The notes below the pieces were generated by a model. It had not been told where the DNA came from. It ran no database searches and was given only the letters and a program-made list of their open reading frames with translations. Below are positions 50,957 through 63,603 of a stretch of DNA of 64,000 bases, in pieces. Numbering within the stretch: the stretch's first letter is position 1; each line of letters starts with the position of its first letter. The stretch covers positions 23,746,001 to 23,810,000 of the forward strand of contig OZ024761.1 in NCBI GenBank assembly GCA_964016885.1. Reading direction: 5' to 3'. Position numbers and translations under genes: made by a program. Source of the DNA: Eledone cirrhosa (lineage: Eukaryota).

Positions 50957-52793
50957 TATATTCGTGTACAGATATTTTTGCATACACAATAACAAAATAT
51001 AAACAAACATATTTATTTCATGAGGCTCTAAAGATTATATTAAAGTGAAAATGACCCAATGGGTTATGGGTGGTCTAGTGTACTACATAATTCTAAATGC
51101 TACTGAACATGACCCATCCTTCTGAAAATGAAGCCTTTATTATCATTGGATTGTCTTGTCTGTTGTAGATTGTGTTGTTAAGTGGCGCCCCTGGGTTGGG
51201 GAAAACAACTTTGGCTCATGTCATTGCTAAACATGCTGGCTATAATGTAGTTGAGATGAATGCCAGGTAAGAACTGCTACTACTACTACTACCTTCTTTC
51301 TTTCTTCTCATTATTTCTGTAAATTTCCTGAACTATATTCTGTCATTATCTCTGGAAATTATCTGGAAATTATTAGCTATCTACCACTTCTCCCTCCCTA
51401 CCTCTCTCTACTTCACATTATTTCTGGAAATTTCTAGAATTATATTATGTTGTTATCTCTGGAAATTTCTAGAACTCTGTGTTTATCTCTTGTAGTGATG
51501 ACCGCGGTGAAGAAGTGGTTAAGACAAAGATTGAATCTGCGATATTGATGAAGTCTGTAATTGAAACTGATCCCCGGCCTAATTGTCTTATCATTGACGA
51601 GATAGATGGCGCTCCACAGGTAAGTCTGTACAGGTGGGGTGGAGCGTTACCTTTACTTTAAAATAAAGTTTGTTATTCTAGAACCAAGCGGGGTTCTAGG
51701 TGTGGGCTGGATGCAAATTCTAGGTGTGGGCTGGATGAACCATAGCTATATACAGCTTACTGAGTGATGACAAGACACCCTCGACCTTGACAATTTAAAT
51801 GATGTGCTTTGTTCAACACAAATCGCTGTTGACAATAATGCCCAGGTCATGTTCACAAGAAGACTTTATATTATTAAACCCCTCCAATTTCTTGATTATT
51901 TTCAAAATAATTTGATAAATGTTAGGTAATGTTTTTCCTAAGAAATATAATAATTGTTTCTACTTTTGGCACAAGGCCAGCAATTACCCCAGTGCATTAC
52001 TGGTACTTCATTTTCTCGACCCCCTAAGGCGGGATTTGAACTCAGAATGGCAAGGCCGTAACTCTATGTGTCAAGCCATGGTGTCCAACCCTCTACCGAT
52101 ACTGCCAATCCACCGCCCCTCATAAGAGATATAATAATTGTTTCTACTTTAGGCACAAGGCCAGCAAATACCCAGTGCATTACTGGTACTTTATTTTATC
52201 GACCCCGTAAGGATGAAAGGCAAAGTTAACCTCGGCGGGATTTGAACTCGGACCGTAATGGGGCGTAACTCTATGCTGCAACGCATGGTGCCTGATGCTC
52301 TACCGATCACTGCCACTCCACCACCCTCTTAAAAATATAATGAAACAGTTACATACTATCACTGTCCTAATTCAAGTTACACTCAAACTCTTTCTCACAC
52401 TCACAGGCAGCCATTAATGTAATACTCCAACTAACCAAGGAAGTACAAGCAGGTAAAAAGAAAGAGAAAGGATTGTTACTTCGACCAATCATATGTATCT
52501 GCAATGATATGTGAGTAATTACTTTTCGACCAATCATATGTGTCTATAATGACATGTGACTTACTTTTCGACCAATCATATGTGTCTATAATGACATGTG
52601 ACTTACTTTTCGACCAATCATATGTGTCTATAATGACATGTGACTTACTTTTCGACTATACAAACATGATGGCTGTCCCCTCATTATCGAGTATGGGCAT
52701 TGCACGAGAAAAACAAAACAAAAAAAACCATAATAATAACAATAATAATAATAATAACAACAACAACAATAACAACAACAACAATAATAATAT

Positions 52794-52834
<41 letters not shown>

Positions 52835-53314
52835 CGCACACACATAAACATATCTACACACACATGATAGCAATTAACAGCGCTGCGATCGAATGTGGCT
52901 TTTTAGCCCAGCTAATGATCTAAAATGTCTTGCACAGAGTTGGCATACATACATACATACATATCCATACATACACACACACACATACATTCATACATAC
53001 ATGCACACACACCCACCCACATACATACATACACGCACATGCACACATATCCACCCACATGCACACACACATACACACACACAGCCACCGACCCACACAG
53101 ATACATACACCCACCCACACGCACACACACACACACACATATTAGCTCTGTTTACTAGGAAGTTCTCCCTGATTCTCCCACTTAACCTTTTGTTTGTGTC
53201 ACCCCCAGGTACGTCCCATCGCTACGACAACTGAGACCCGTGGCTCTAGTCTTCACATTCCCTCCTACAGACTCAGCTAGGCTGGCAGGACGCCTTTATC
53301 AGGTGGGTTCTATG

Positions 53315-53357
<43 letters not shown>

Positions 53358-53873
53358 CATGTATGAATGCATGCATATATATATATTGAGCAAGACACTT
53401 TATTTCACATTGCTCCAGTTTACTCAGCTGTAGAAATGAGATGATAGGGACTGGGGTCCCTATCATTCCACTGCAAAGTGGTCGTGGAGGTGCCACGGCA
53501 AAAAAGCACCCAGCACTCACTGTAAATGAGGTTGGTGTTAGGAAGGGCATCCAGCTGTAGAAGGGCATCCAGCTGTAGAAATCAAGCCAGAATCAGTTCC
53601 CGTCCCACCCTTGCAAGCAGGGAAAAAGCGGACGTAAAATGAAATGATGATGATGATGATATATATCTATATATATGTATATATAGGAATGAGTAGGACC
53701 CGACGGCTGAACTCAAGCCATTTCGACGGCTAATTCTGGACAGAATTAGCCGTCGAGACGGCTTGAGCTCAGCCGTCGGGGTCCTACTCGTTCCTATTAC
53801 CCACTCTACTACCGCAAGTATTGAGTACTTTGGTGCGTTATGGTCCACCTGGTTCCTTACCACATTTCCTTCG

Positions 53874-53917
<44 letters not shown>

Positions 53918-54193
53918 TATACTTTGGGAGAGTCATGCTGCCAATAAAAACGCACGCACCTGTTGGTTTTCACTTGAATTTATTATACGTTTCTGGTTGG
54001 TTGGTTCGATAACCAGATGGTTGTTTATATATTGTGATGAAGGACTAGCGTCCGAAATGTTAAGACCATCTTCCTGCTATATCAAGTGTTAACCTAATAT
54101 ATCCCTTCCATATACTGTACCGATTGTGTTGTTATTTCTGTTTACCTTTTACATACACATATATACATATATATATATGTATGTATATATATA

Positions 54194-54244
<51 letters not shown>

Positions 54245-57200
54245 GTGTGTGTGTGTGTGTGTGTGTATGTATATATATATATGTGTGTGTATGTATAGTT
54301 TTATCTTTTATAATTCTTTTTTACACATATTTTCAATTAAATTTCTTTCTCTTCTGTTTGATGCTGCTGCTACTGCTGCTGCTGCTGCTGCTATTTCTAC
54401 CCCTCCTCCCACTCCTCCCCCAGGTGTCAAGATGGGAGATGTTGAAAGCAGAGATGAACGCCCTCATGGCTCTGTGTGAGAAAACTGACAACGACATCCG
54501 CTCTTGTCTCAACACCTTACAGGTAAGTGTGGATTGCATTGTGGGTAGGATTGAAGACGGGGTGCTGGGTCTTCGCTGTTGCATCATGGGATTGATGTCT
54601 TCAGTTCCATCCACATTCACTTTTACTCTCTCACTCACACTCACAGCTAAGCCACATTCACTTTTACTCTCTCACTCCCAGCTAAGCCACACTCACTTTT
54701 ACTCTCTCACTCACAGCTAAGCCGCACTCACTTTTACTCTCAATCACCCTCTTGCCCACACAGCTGACCCACACAGTTTTACTTTCACCCACACTTAGCT
54801 TCCCCATGTGCCCATACTCACATTTCCCCTACACTCCCCCCACCACCATTCTTAGTTCCCCCACTCAAACTCAATTTCTAATGCCCCACTTTCACAGTCT
54901 TGTCACCCATACTGTCCACGCCACTCACACTCACAGTGCCTCACTCACACTCAGTTCCCACTCCCACTAACAGAGCGCCGGCCACACTCAATTCCTACTC
55001 ACACTTACATACCCCAACCACACTTAGTTACTACTCCCACTCAGACTCACAGTCTAGCCTTCTGTTCAGTTCCTACCCATCACTCTCGCCTAACTGTGCC
55101 AAAGCCACATTCAGTTCCTACCCTCCACTCACACTCTCACTCCACCTCCTCCACTCAGTAAGTTGTCCTATGTCTCCTCACTCACACCTCATTGTACCCA
55201 AGCTACACTCAGTTTCTACTCTCCACCTACACTCAGTTTCTACCCTCCACTCACACTCAGTTTCTACCCTCCACTCATTCTCAGTTTCTACTCTCCACTC
55301 ACACTCAGTTCCTACCCTCCACTCATACTCAGTTTCTACTCTCCACCTACACTCAGTTTCTACTCTCCACTCACACTCAGTTTTTACCCTCCACTCATAC
55401 TCAGTTTCTACCCTCTACTCATACTCAGTTTCTAATCTCCACCTATACTCAGTTTCTACCCTCCACTCATACTCAGTTTCTACTCTCTACTCACACTCAG
55501 TTTCTAATCTCCACATATACTCAGTTCCTAGCCTCCACTCACCCTCAGTTTCTACCCTCCACCTACACTCAGTTTCTACCCTCCACTCACACTCAGTTTT
55601 TACCCTCCACTCACACTCAGTTTTTACCCTCCACTCACACTCAGTTTCTACCCCCCACTCACACTCAGTTTCTACCCTCCACTCACACTCAGTTTCTAGC
55701 CTCCACTCACACTCAGTTTCTAGCCTCCACTCACACTCAGTAAGCTGTCCTATCTCTGTCCTATCTCCAGTTTGTCCAGCGCCAGAGACAGGAGTTCAAC
55801 CTGCGTCTAGTCAACACCATGCACATTGGTCAGAAAGACGTACAGCGGAGCCTGTTTAGAGTTTGGTACGACATATTTAGGATGCCGCGCCTCAAGAAGT
55901 GAGTATTGTGTGGTGGTGTGGTGGTGGTGTAGTGGTGGTGGTGGTGTAGTAGTGGTGGTAGTGGTGTGGTGGTGGTGGTGGTGTAGTGGTGTGGTGGTGG
56001 TGTGGTGGTGGTGTAGTGGTGGTGGTGGTGGTGTAGTGGTGGTGGTGGTGGTGGAGGTGGTGGTGTGGTGGTGGTGGTGGTGTAGTGGTGTGGTGGTGGT
56101 GTGGTGGTGGTGGTGGTGGTGGTGGTGTAGTGGTGGTGGAGGTGGTGTAGTGGTGGTGGTGGTGTGGTGGTGGTGTAGTGGTGGTGGTGGTGTAGTAGTG
56201 GTGGTGGTGGTGTGGTGGTGGTGTGGTGGTGGTGGTGGTGTAGTGGTGGTGGTGGTGGTGGTGGTGGTGTGGTGGTGGTGTAGTGGTGGTGGTGTTTGTG
56301 GTGGTGGTGGTTAGTGGTGGTGGTGTGGTGGTGGTGTAGTGGTGGTGGTGGTGTAGTAGTGGTGTGGTGGTGGTGGTGGTGTGGTGGTGGTGGTGTAGTG
56401 GTGGTGGTGGTGGTGGTGTAGTGGTGGTGGAGGTGGTGGTGTGGTGGTGGTGGTGGTGTGGTGGTGGTGTTTGTAGTGGTGGTGGTGTTTGTGGTGGTGG
56501 TGGTTAGTGGTGGTGGTGTGGTGGTGGTGTAGTCGTGGTGGTGTTTGTGGTGGTGTAGTGGTTGTGGTGGTGGTGGTCTGGTTGTGTAGTGGTGGTGGTG
56601 TAGTGGTGGTGTTTGTGGTGGTGATGGTGGTGGTAGTTTGGTGTTGGGGGTGATGGTGGTAGTTTGGTGTGTATTGTGATGGTGGTGGTGGTGCGGGTAG
56701 TTTGGTGAGTATTGTGGTGGTGGTGGTGTTGTTTGTGGTGCTGGTGATCGTGGTGGTGGTGGTGCTGGTGGTGGTGGTGGTGTTTGTGGTGTTGTTAGTG
56801 TTAGTGTAGTCGTGGTGGTGGTGGTGGTGGTGGTGTTATTGATGATGTTGATGTTGTTTTAGATGTGACACTAGTTAACTGATATTTTCTATTCCAGGAG
56901 CAAATATTTGACCCTTCATGACCTTCAGAGTTTAACCACTAATGTGCAGTCGAACATTACACCAGCTGCTCGGTAAGTTACTTAACCCTTTCATGATTGC
57001 ATTTCTAAATTGATTAATTTCACGCTCAGTGTTGCTGAAGCATGGAACAAACTACCTGCATCAGTTGTTAGCTGTCGAGACACTGCATCCTTTAAAACCT
57101 CCATGGAACAAACTACCTGCATCAGTTGTTAGCTGTCGAGACACTGCATCCTTTAAAACCTCCATGCTTCCCGAGAATCGCCAACACTACACCTAATGTT

Positions 57201-57759
57201 CCCCCTCCATACACATACACACATGTATATCATGACTCATACACTATTCACTTCCCTGACATTTGTATATTATTCTATGTACTATACATACACCTTTGAC
57301 AAGTTGTAGTGCACCTGAGCACTGTACACAATAATTTCATTATTATTATTATTATTATAATAAAGAATTTTGAGGGATTTACTAAAATTATTAATTGTTT
57401 CATTACTAAGATAGTCACTTAATGTAAGGTTCTTATATAAAATTAATATTGGAAGATTTTAATTTAAACTGGAAACCTTTAAAATGGGTGACTTTATTTC
57501 ATAGAACCGAATCCGATTTTGGCTGGATTGGTAGCGAAAGAATTAATGTAACAACATACTGTCATGTACCTTCTCCTTCAGATTCCAGAATATTCTACAG
57601 TCCACATATGCTGCAGGGGAGTTTGAAAAGATTCAACATGGACTCTTCCAGAATTACCTGGAAGTCAAGTTTAAGGACCCTAAAATGGAAGGGGTGAGTA
57701 CATTATTGTTGTTGTTCTAAAGGTCAACACTGCTATGTAGTTGTAGTAGTTGTTAATGT

Positions 57760-57843
<84 letters not shown>

Positions 57844-60800
57844 CACACACACGAGGTTAGCTGGACATGCTCACCGACATCCAGAGTTGACATTGCACTC
57901 AGTGCTCCTGTGGGAGCCCCTACATGGACACACTGGAAGAGAAAGACCAAGGTTAACGTATGTGGATTCCCTAAGGACAGACACTGGTCTGTTGGAGACG
58001 CAGGACATGACAGTGATAATGAGGGACAGAGACTGCTGGAGAGAACTCGCCCATTGATCTCGGGGAATTTTACCCGCCCTAGATAGATGAATATATACAC
58101 ACACACACATGCATATATATATATATAATAACTAGAAATTGATTAACATATAAATAAACATGAATAATCACAGGAGATAAGTTTTACAAGTGTGAAAATG
58201 TCTTTCTGGCATGACACCCATAATTTTGATTTAGATTAAATTCATTTTGATTTATCTTAATTTTGGATATAGATATATATATAAAGGAACGATCGACTTT
58301 CGTCAAATCGGACCGAGGGAACAATGTTTCCATTGGAACAATGTTTCCAGGAATCGAACTCACAACCTTACGATTGCGAATCCAATTCTCTAACCACTCA
58401 GCCACACGCCTTTATATATATATATATATATACACCTAACTAATAATTGTCCGTAGAAACCACCGCATATTCGTGGAATCGTAAATATTTTCCGCAATTT
58501 TTTTATGGCTTTTTTCATGGCAATATATATATTTTTACGCTTTTTAACATCAGATTAACAATAAACCATATTTGACGACCTGTATTTTACATTGTTTTGA
58601 CGTTTATAGACATTTTTATCGACCACGTCCAATATTTGCGGTTTTTTATTCTTCGCAGATGCTGTAGGAACGTAACCCCCTGCGTGAATACTGGGGACAA
58701 CTGTATATATTTAATGTGAACCTTTTTATCCTGTTTCCATTGTCAGATAAACAAGGCCCTCGATTGGTTAGGGTTTGTAGATGAAATCAACAGCTACATT
58801 TACTCCAACCAAGACTACACCATGATGCAGTACAGACCCTACCTATGTGTTGTCTTTCACTTCATGTTTGCTTCTAACACACACCCCAAGATACTTTACC
58901 CCCATCAGAACACTGAGGTAAGTTTACAACAATCTATAAATTCCCCCCCCCCCCCCCCCCCATCCTTTTTTTTTTTCTAACACTTGGTTTCATATTTTTT
59001 TACTTGTTCATCTTCCCTTTTCTTCTACTCTTTCACGAACATTCTCTCTTCCCTCTTTTTCTGTATTCCGATAAAAGACCAACATCAGAAACATCTAAAC
59101 TCTTTTTCCAATTCTGTCAAGCGTTCAATTAATATATCATCATTTTACTGTACTTTCCTCCTGTGTTGATTTTCATTGTTATCTTTCATTATATCAAATA
59201 TAATATTCCCCTTCCATATAAAATGTGATGGCTCAAGGACTAATAGTTAGGATGCTTGTCATATGATGTCATCAGTTCGATTCCTGGACAGGCTGCTGCG
59301 TTGTGTTCTTGAGCAAAACACTTTATTTCACATTGCTCCAGTACACCCAGCTGAGAGTGAGTACCAGCCATGGCTGGGAAGTTAATACTGCAATAGACCA
59401 GTGTCCTATCCAGGGAGAGTCTCAGTTGCTTAATACGTCAAGGAAACCAAGGATAAGCACCAGATGTTATTTCCTTCCATACCAGATGTTATTTCTCTCC
59501 ACACCAGATGTTATTTCTCTCCACACCAGATGTTATTTCTCTCCACACCAGATGTTATTTCTCTCCACACCAGATGTTATTTCTCTCCACACCAGATGTT
59601 ATTTCTGTCCACACCAGATGTTATTTCCTTCCATACCAGATATTTCCTTCCATACTAGATGTTATTTCCTTCCATACCAGATGTTATTTCCTTCCATACC
59701 AGATGTTATTTCTTTCCATTCCAGATGTTATTCAAGAAAACCCGTACAGAGAACCTCATCAGTTCCTTATTATCTGATATCCATCCATCTGTTCGGAAAT
59801 ATCTTCAGTTCAGTTCTGTGATCCAGGAAGTTATACATCCCTTACTCTATATTTTACAGCCAGCTCTCAGACCTGTAAGTACCATACCATCATTTTACGT
59901 TTGTTTTTCCCTGCTTGCAAGGGTGGGACGGGTCCTATTCAGCACAGTATCTCTCTATTCTTCATGGTCCTTCGTCATCTCCTCTGTGAGCTTCAGCAAT
60001 CTGAGGTCACCTCTCACCACCTCTGCCTATGTTTTTCGGGGTCTTCCTCTACTGCGTCTCCCTTCCACTGGGATTTCTTAGCACTACTTCACCCAGCGGT
60101 CATCCTCCATGCATCCTCTCTCCAAAAAATACAGAACCTCTGGGATAGACGAACCAAACAAACAATTTCTGCTGCCTCTACTTCATGTCTTCTCTTGTGG
60201 GTCCTTCTTGTTCATCTCGTACCCACTATTCTGCCTAAATGCCCTGCCCACTCCCAATAAATCCCTAATGTCCTGTCCTCTCTTGTGGGTTCTTTCTGTC
60301 CATTTACTGTCCCCAGTCCTACCTAAATACCCTATCAAACCTCTGTCTTCTCTTATGGGTCCTTCCTGTTCATCTCATACCCACTATTCTGCCTAAATAC
60401 CCTGCCCACTCCCAATAGATCCCTAATGTCCTGTCCTCTCTTGTGGGTTCTTTCTGTCCATTTACTGTCTCCAGTCCTACCTAAATACCCTATCAAACCT
60501 CTGTCTTCTCTTATGGGTCCTTCCTGATCATCTCGTGCTCCCTGTTCTGCCTAAATGCCCTGCCCACTCCCAGTATATCCCTAACATCCTGTCTTCACTT
60601 GTGTGCCCTTCTCGTCCATCTATAGGCCTTCCACTGGGCTAAAAGTCGTACACACCCCACATGCCCACTGTCTCTAACTCCAGTGTTTACTCTTCTCCTC
60701 GTCTAATCTCCACCTCCACAGGTTAACATGCAGTTGTACAGCAAACGAGAGAAGGAATGTCTAGAACATCTCATCAACATCATGATAGCTTACAACATGT

Positions 60801-62520
60801 CTTACCGCCAGGAGAAATCACAAGATGGTCAGTACAACTATGTACTGGAACCGTAAGTCCTTGCTTACTACTGTCACCTACATTGTGAGGGTGGACTGGG
60901 TGCTTTCTGTCCTGACAACAGCACGACCTCCTAACAGGGTGGACTGGGTACTTTATGTCGTGACACCAGCATGATCAACTAACAGGGTGGACTGGGTACT
61001 TTATGTCGTGACACTAGCATGATCAACTAACAGGGTGGACTGGGTACTTTATGTCGTGACACCAGCATGATCAACTAACAGAGTGGACTGGGTACTTTAT
61101 GTCGTGACACCAGCATGATCAACTAACAGGGTGGACTCGGTACTTTATGTCGTGACACTAGCATGATCAACTAACAGGGTGGACTGGGTACTTTATGTCG
61201 TGACACCAGCATGATCAACTAACAGGGTGGACTCGGTACTTTATGTCGTGACACTAGCATGATCAACTAACAGGGTGGACTGGGTACTTTATGTCGTGAC
61301 ACTAGCATGATCAACTAACAGGGTGGACTGGGTACTTTATGTCGTGACACTAGCATGATCACCTTACAGGGTGGACTGGGTACTTTATGTCGTGACACTA
61401 GCATGATCACCTTACAAGGTGGACTGGGTACTTTATATTGTGTCCCCCAGCATGATCACCTTACAGGGTGGACTGGGTACTTTATGTTGTGACACCAGCA
61501 TGGCCAACAGGTGTTAATGGTGATGGTGGTGGTGGTTATGATGTGATGGTATGATGGCGGTGATGATAATGGTTATGATGATGTGGTGGTGGTGGTGGTG
61601 GTGATGGGATATGATGGTTGTGTGATAGTGGTGATGGTGATGTAATGGTTGTGATGATGATGATGGTGGTGGTGGTGGTTGTGTATTGTTATTGTTTCAT
61701 GTTATATCTTCTTCAATCTTCTAGTAACATCGAAGAGGTGGTAAAGTTCCCCGGGATGAAACAACAGAAACAGCTGACATATGCCACGAAACAGATGATA
61801 GCTAGAGAGGTAGGTAGAGAGAGAGAGAGATAGAGAGAGAGAATGAGGGGGTATTGGTGGTGGTTGTGGGGGTATATTGTCTATATGCTTCAGCTTGTAC
61901 ACATGGGAGGTCGGGTACTCTGTATTACTGCGTGATGCCAGAGGTCACGGTCGTGTGTCATGCCTTTGAGAGGTATATGTGTGTGTGTGTGTATATATAT
62001 ATGTGTATATATATATCATCATCATCATCATCTTTGTTTAACGTCCGTTTTCCACGCTAGCATGGGTTATATATATATATATATATTTGTGGTAAGGTTG
62101 AGCACTCTATGCTCCTTCGGAACAGAGTATAGTGATAGGGAAAACAAAGAATCAGTGCTACATCGAAACACAATTTGTTAACGTATTACAATTGTTTCTC
62201 TGGCAAACAGCTGGAGGTGCGATCTATTTGGGGATTCGCAAATTCCTCAGATACGTCTAGCGACTTCGAAGCAAATCCTCTGTCTTGCGAATCCAGAGTC
62301 AGGTTCAATCCACAAGTAGATCGAACCTCCAGCTGTTTGCCGGAGAAACAATTGTAAAGCGTTAATAAATTGTGTTTCGATGTATCGCTGATTCTTCATT
62401 TTCCATATTATATATATATTTCCTGTTCTATATTTTCCAGATATCAGCAGAAAAGATGAGAATGGCTGACAAGTCTTCATCTGGACATCTGGCAAATAGA
62501 AGGTTAGTTTCTCTCTCTCT

Positions 62521-62565
<45 letters not shown>

Positions 62566-62624
62566 TCATTGTTTAACGTCCATCTTCCACGCTAGCATGG
62601 GTTTGGACGACACACATATCATCA

Positions 62625-62670
<46 letters not shown>

Positions 62671-63563
62671 GAATATCGCCCAAAATATAGCAAAAATTAA
62701 TAATAGGAACCTTACAACGAATCAAATGGAAATAAGCCCCAACGCTATCAATAGTAATATCGATAATAGCATAAGCAATAATAATAATAGCATAAATCTT
62801 AATAGCAGAGATGCATCATCAAATAATAACATAAATAATTGTAATTGTAAGAACAGTCTTTCTTACCCGTTAAATAATAACGGCCTTGACCGTAATCTAG
62901 TGTATAAATGCATTGTCAAAACTAATGATATTTCATATAACTATATAGGTGCTATTTCCTCTAAATTTAAGGAAGGTGGTATAATCATACGCATACATTT
63001 CAAAGAATGGATAAGAAATTCTCAACTTCCCTATCTCAATTAATATGGTCTCTAAAAATAAAAAACATAGATTACTCATTATCTTGGTATAAACTGGTTA
63101 ATGCCGTACCATATTTAAATTGTTCTATTTCTAAAAGTTGTAATCTCTGTAATACCGACAAAAAATATATCAAGCATCTAATTTAACTGTCCTTATTATT
63201 TATTTATTTGTTTATTTCCCCATACCTTTACACCCTAGGAAATTTTGATATTTTGAATCACATACCCATGTTGAATTGATTGCATGCGGTCTCTTTTACG
63301 AGTATATCATATAACATTTTATACATCTAATATTGTTTGAAGAAGGCATACTATAATTTAGTATCTCTGAAATATATATAACAAAATAATGATCCTATAG
63401 TGATATATATTGCATTTATTACTATTATTATCATAATACTCCAGATAAATTTAACTGTCGAGTGGTTTGTATCTGTTATGGACATAACTCTGTTGATTAC
63501 ATATCAACAAAGTCTCTAACTCATTGTTTATATACTCACACACACACACACACATACATACAT

Positions 63564-63603
<40 letters not shown>

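Noticed and set aside
54900-56314. His/Ser-rich and Val/Trp/Gly-rich ORFs
   Set aside because: Translations of the 24-bp and (GGT)n intronic repeats.
58340-58410. Functional tRNA gene
   Set aside because: No matching 3' acceptor strand; it continues into repeat sequence, consistent with a SINE head.
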